Below, one piece after another: positions 36,720 through 38,986 of a stretch of 38,986 nucleotides of DNA. The notes beneath the pieces were generated by a model. It was not told where the DNA came from. It was given only the letters and a program-made list of their open reading frames with translations, and ran no database searches. A program made the translations under genes and the position numbers. Source of the DNA: an uncultured Candidatus Marinamargulisbacteria bacterium (GTDB taxonomy: Bacteria > Margulisbacteria > Riflemargulisbacteria > GWF2-35-9); NCBI GenBank assembly GCA_903897765.1, contig CAIUCY010000018.1, positions 1 to 38,986 on the forward strand. The letters run 5' to 3'. The number at the start of each line of letters is the position of its first letter. Positions within the stretch are counted from its first letter, which is position 1.

Positions 36720-37964
36720 TTAGAAAACATATCGGTCAAGTTCCCAAGCTAAAAGATGCTCGATCCCGTTCCGATTCCCGTAGGAAACATCGTCGAGCGT
36801 GATGACCACCTTCCTATGGGCATCATGAATCAGTTCAAGATTGCCGAATTCACGAGCCACAACGCTTTCATCCGACAAGGTGTGGGCAACCTGGATATAA
36901 ATTCGCGTTCCATTCTTCTCGGCGATAAAGTCTATTTCAAGTTGATTTAATTTACCGGTATAAACCTGAAAGCCTTTTCGTCTAAAGTGCAAATAGATGC
37001 TGTTCTCCAAGGGCTTACTCAGACTGGGATCAAATTGGGATGAGAGATATGCCCGAAACCCCAGATCATTTAAATAGTACTTCCGACTGCTTGAAAGGAT
37101 TTCCTTCCCCTTTATGTCATAACGGTCAACTTCGTGTAAGAGATAGGTTCGAGTGAGATAGCTTAAGTAGTTTGATAGTGTTTCCACGTTTGTTTTGATG
37201 CCATGGCTTTTTAAGTGGTCCACGATTTTATTAACGGAGAACAAATTGCTGATATTGTTGGTAAGGAATAAGAATAGCCGTTCGAGTAAAAAGGTGTCCT
37301 TGATATGATAGCGAAAGGCGATGTCTTTGAGGATAATCGTGTCAAGTAGCGACATTATATAGTGTCGTCGAAGCGACTCGTTTTGGAGGTGAAACATTTC
37401 CGGCAGCCCCCCTTGTTGCAAAAATTGAATATAGCTAGCTTTGCTTTTTTCCTGTTTCGTGATGCCACAAAATTCGTCATAGCTAAACGGGAGAATCTCA
37501 AAAACAATATATCGCCCACTCAGAAGGGTTGCCAATTCACCCCGAAGGAGGTCTGAGTTAGAGCCAGAGATGATAATATCATAAGCATGGGAGGGGTGTT
37601 GGGAGAGTGAATTGACCGCTTTCTCCCATCCAGAAATCCATTGAATTTCGTCGAGAAAGATATAAAGCTTTTTATCAAGAGCATGCTTTAGTTTATGGGC
37701 CTCAATGAGCGCAATTAGCTGCTTATAGTCGGCGATGTCATCAAATTCATTCAGTTCTTTGTTTAGATAAAAAATTTCTTCTGGGGCGATGCCCTTTTCA
37801 ATAAGTGATTGGATTATCTGTCTCAATAGGTAGCTTTTCCCTGCTCGTCGTTGCCCCATGAGCACTTTGACCAAGCGAGTATTGAGTGCGGATAACAGTT
37901 GTTCAAGGTGTTCAACCCGAGGCTGGCCGGTATCCCCCAATAATAGTTTCACATTTTCAATCAT
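36720..37964 (-). CDS. AAA+ ATPase of the AAA_14/DUF4143 (COG1373) type
   Basis: Walker A GQRRAGKS, Walker B-like IFLDEIQ, and length and C-terminal region typical of this family. Confidence 0.75.
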   Translation of the reverse strand: MIENVKLLLGDTGQPRVEHLEQLLSALNTRLVKVLMGQRRAGKSYLLRQIIQSLIEKGIAPEEIFYLNKELNEFDDIADYKQLIALIEAHKLKHALDKKLYIFLDEIQWISGWEKAVNSLSQHPSHAYDIIISGSNSDLLRGELATLLSGRYIVFEILPFSYDEFCGITKQEKSKASYIQFLQQGGLPEMFHLQNESLRRHYIMSLLDTIILKDIAFRYHIKDTFLLERLFLFLTNNISNLFSVNKIVDHLKSHGIKTNVETLSNYLSYLTRTYLLHEVDRYDIKGKEILSSSRKYYLNDLGFRAYLSSQFDPSLSKPLENSIYLHFRRKGFQVYTGKLNQLEIDFIAEKNGTRIYIQVAHTLSDESVVAREFGNLELIHDAHRKVVITLDDVSYGNRNGIEHLLAWELDRYVF

Positions 37965-37971
37965 ACTTGAT

Positions 37972-38000
37972 AAAATACGCTATTTTTATCAAACATTCAA
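37972..38000 (-). promoter_or_regulatory. Promoter abutting the AAA ATPase start (leaderless geometry), overlapped by a 9-bp inverted repeat
   Basis: Minus strand: TTGAAT (38000-37995), a 17-nt spacer, TATTTT (37977-37972), then 7 nt to the ATG at 37964. The inverted repeat TTGATAAAA (37967-37975) / TTTTATCAA (37984-37992) overlaps it. Confidence 0.5.
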
Positions 38001-38126
38001 GTCTATTTGAAAATATTTGACAACCCACCAAATAAAATCCATATAACATCTGTCCCCCCAAACTGCAACAAATCCCTTTTCCGATCGATGAATTGTATAG
38101 ATATCAAATTAAAGTTGGAGGAAAAG

Positions 38127-38588
38127 ATGTTAAAAGTCATATCCCTTAAAAGTGACTGGTTTGCTGTAGTAGTAGAGAGCTCCTTTAATCAATTTGGCGA
38201 GGAGTACACAAATTGCGAGGGTCTAAGGACGACAGGCCCAAACGATACTGCCTCACAATTTTATACCCATTACAGGAATGTTGAACTACCAACCCTTAAA
38301 CAGCTTGTTGACTATATGACAATGGTAGAATGTTCAGGATATGGGGGTGTTATCTTTGGCCCCGCTGTAGGGGTTGAAGTAAACAAAGAAACGAATATTG
38401 GAATCTACACTCTAGGGAAAGATTGGAAGCCAATACATTTCAAGGAAACCTTTGGAGCTTTTGATGGTTCAGATATTACAAGTACATACGAAACAGCCGA
38501 TATTGAAGCAATTCAAGAAAAGAATCTTTCTTATCTGCAGCAACGGATAGAAATAAAAGAAGGGAAGATTTCATTCAAAGTTCCATAG
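38127..38588 (+). CDS. Orphan hypothetical protein
   Basis: 153 aa from the ATG at 38127, with a GGAGG Shine-Dalgarno at 38117-38121. AT-rich. No recognised domain. Confidence 0.5.
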   Translation: MLKVISLKSDWFAVVVESSFNQFGEEYTNCEGLRTTGPNDTASQFYTHYRNVELPTLKQLVDYMTMVECSGYGGVIFGPAVGVEVNKETNIGIYTLGKDWKPIHFKETFGAFDGSDITSTYETADIEAIQEKNLSYLQQRIEIKEGKISFKVP

Positions 38589-38637
38589 GTAGATTGTTCT
38601 ATTGAATGAAACGGGTGCCAACGGGCCTAGTTCAGGA

Positions 38638-38677
38638 AAAATTGTTCCGCAAAACAATTTAGTCTTAGTATATAATA
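38638..38677 (+). promoter_or_regulatory. 40-bp promoter/operator-like module, copy 2
   Basis: aaaattgttccgcaaaacaatttagtcttagtatataata. TATAAT (38671-38676) lies 7 nt before the ATG at 38684. Confidence 0.6.
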
Positions 38678-38683
38678 CCCCCC

Positions 38684-38986
38684 ATGCGCTACGCGAACTA
38701 TGGAAATGGCCGGCCTTTGATGTGGCTAGTTGTCCTTGTTTTCCTTTTCTTTGGGGGCTTTCGTGTTATGTCGGTCATGCTGGGTCTCGTTTTTGCTCTA
38801 TTCCCGCTTATTCTTTTTTCAATAGCAGCGTTGTTTATTTTCCAAACGTTAACGAAGAATCAGATCATCGGGGGTTATATACATACTCAATCGGCCACCC
38901 ATAATCAGTTTGTTGAATTGCTTGTTCGCTTAGCTGTTCACGTGATCGCGGCCGACGGGAAAGTCGAGACCGTCGAGATCCAAACC
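38684..38986 (+). CDS. Membrane protein with a TerB/DjlA-like N-terminal region, 3' end cut by the window edge
   Basis: Frame open from the ATG at 38684 to the window end (101 codons), so it is absent from the ORF track. Two hydrophobic helices, then FVELLVRLAVHVIAADGKVETVE, which resembles a TerB-type motif. Preferred over the overlapping track ORF 38602-38904. Confidence 0.55.
   Translation, partial: MRYANYGNGRPLMWLVVLVFLFFGGFRVMSVMLGLVFALFPLILFSIAALFIFQTLTKNQIIGGYIHTQSATHNQFVELLVRLAVHVIAADGKVETVEIQT

Noticed and set aside
38602-38904. 100-aa ORF from the track (MNETGANGPSSGK...)
   Set aside because: Composition is unconvincing, and it overlaps a better candidate in another frame: the ORF from 38684, open to the window edge, with TM helices, a TerB-like motif and its own TATAAT.

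Overview
About 39 kb of densely packed (roughly 90% coding) chromosomal DNA from a moderately AT-rich bacterium. It looks like a diderm. It carries lipid A genes in two separate clusters: lpxD, a putative outer-membrane protein and lpxC at the left edge, then a fused fabZ-lpxA plus lpxB about 12 kb further on. It also encodes an SLH-domain envelope protein. Housekeeping content is a complete F1Fo ATP synthase operon (atpBEFHAGDC, with a short epsilon), an MscS channel, aspartate kinase, tRNA-Pro(GGG), a lytic transglycosylase, UppP, a beta-carbonic anhydrase, an aminotransferase, peptidyl-tRNA hydrolase, and an ECF sigma / anti-sigma / Spy-like envelope-stress module.

The most notable content is a mercury-methylation gene pair, hgcA-hgcB (HgcA cap-helix motif NVWCAAGK; HgcB with two 4Fe-4S motifs and a C-terminal CC). 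It is packed tightly with a Cys-rich DUF134 gene, lies just downstream of tRNA-Pro and an AT-rich orphan gene, and is divergent from a HAD-phosphatase / glycerol-1-phosphate-dehydrogenase pair. hgcAB itself is an already described system. The new leads are its context here: the DUF134 partner, the apparently leaderless promoter and the host type.

Other points worth follow-up:
- a roughly 1 kb insertion that duplicates the 3' end of an aldo/keto reductase gene and carries an orphan ORF
- a 40-bp promoter/operator-like module present twice (39/40 identical)
- a recurrent geometry of a -10 box 6-8 nt before the start codon, suggesting widespread leaderless mRNAs
- a class II Fic gene overlapping pth, next to a COG1373-type AAA ATPase and orphan genes
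- a spore-photoproduct-lyase-like radical SAM gene coupled to an unknown ORF

I saw no CRISPR array, rRNA, integrase or transposase. All calls rest on motif recognition by eye. No database search was run.
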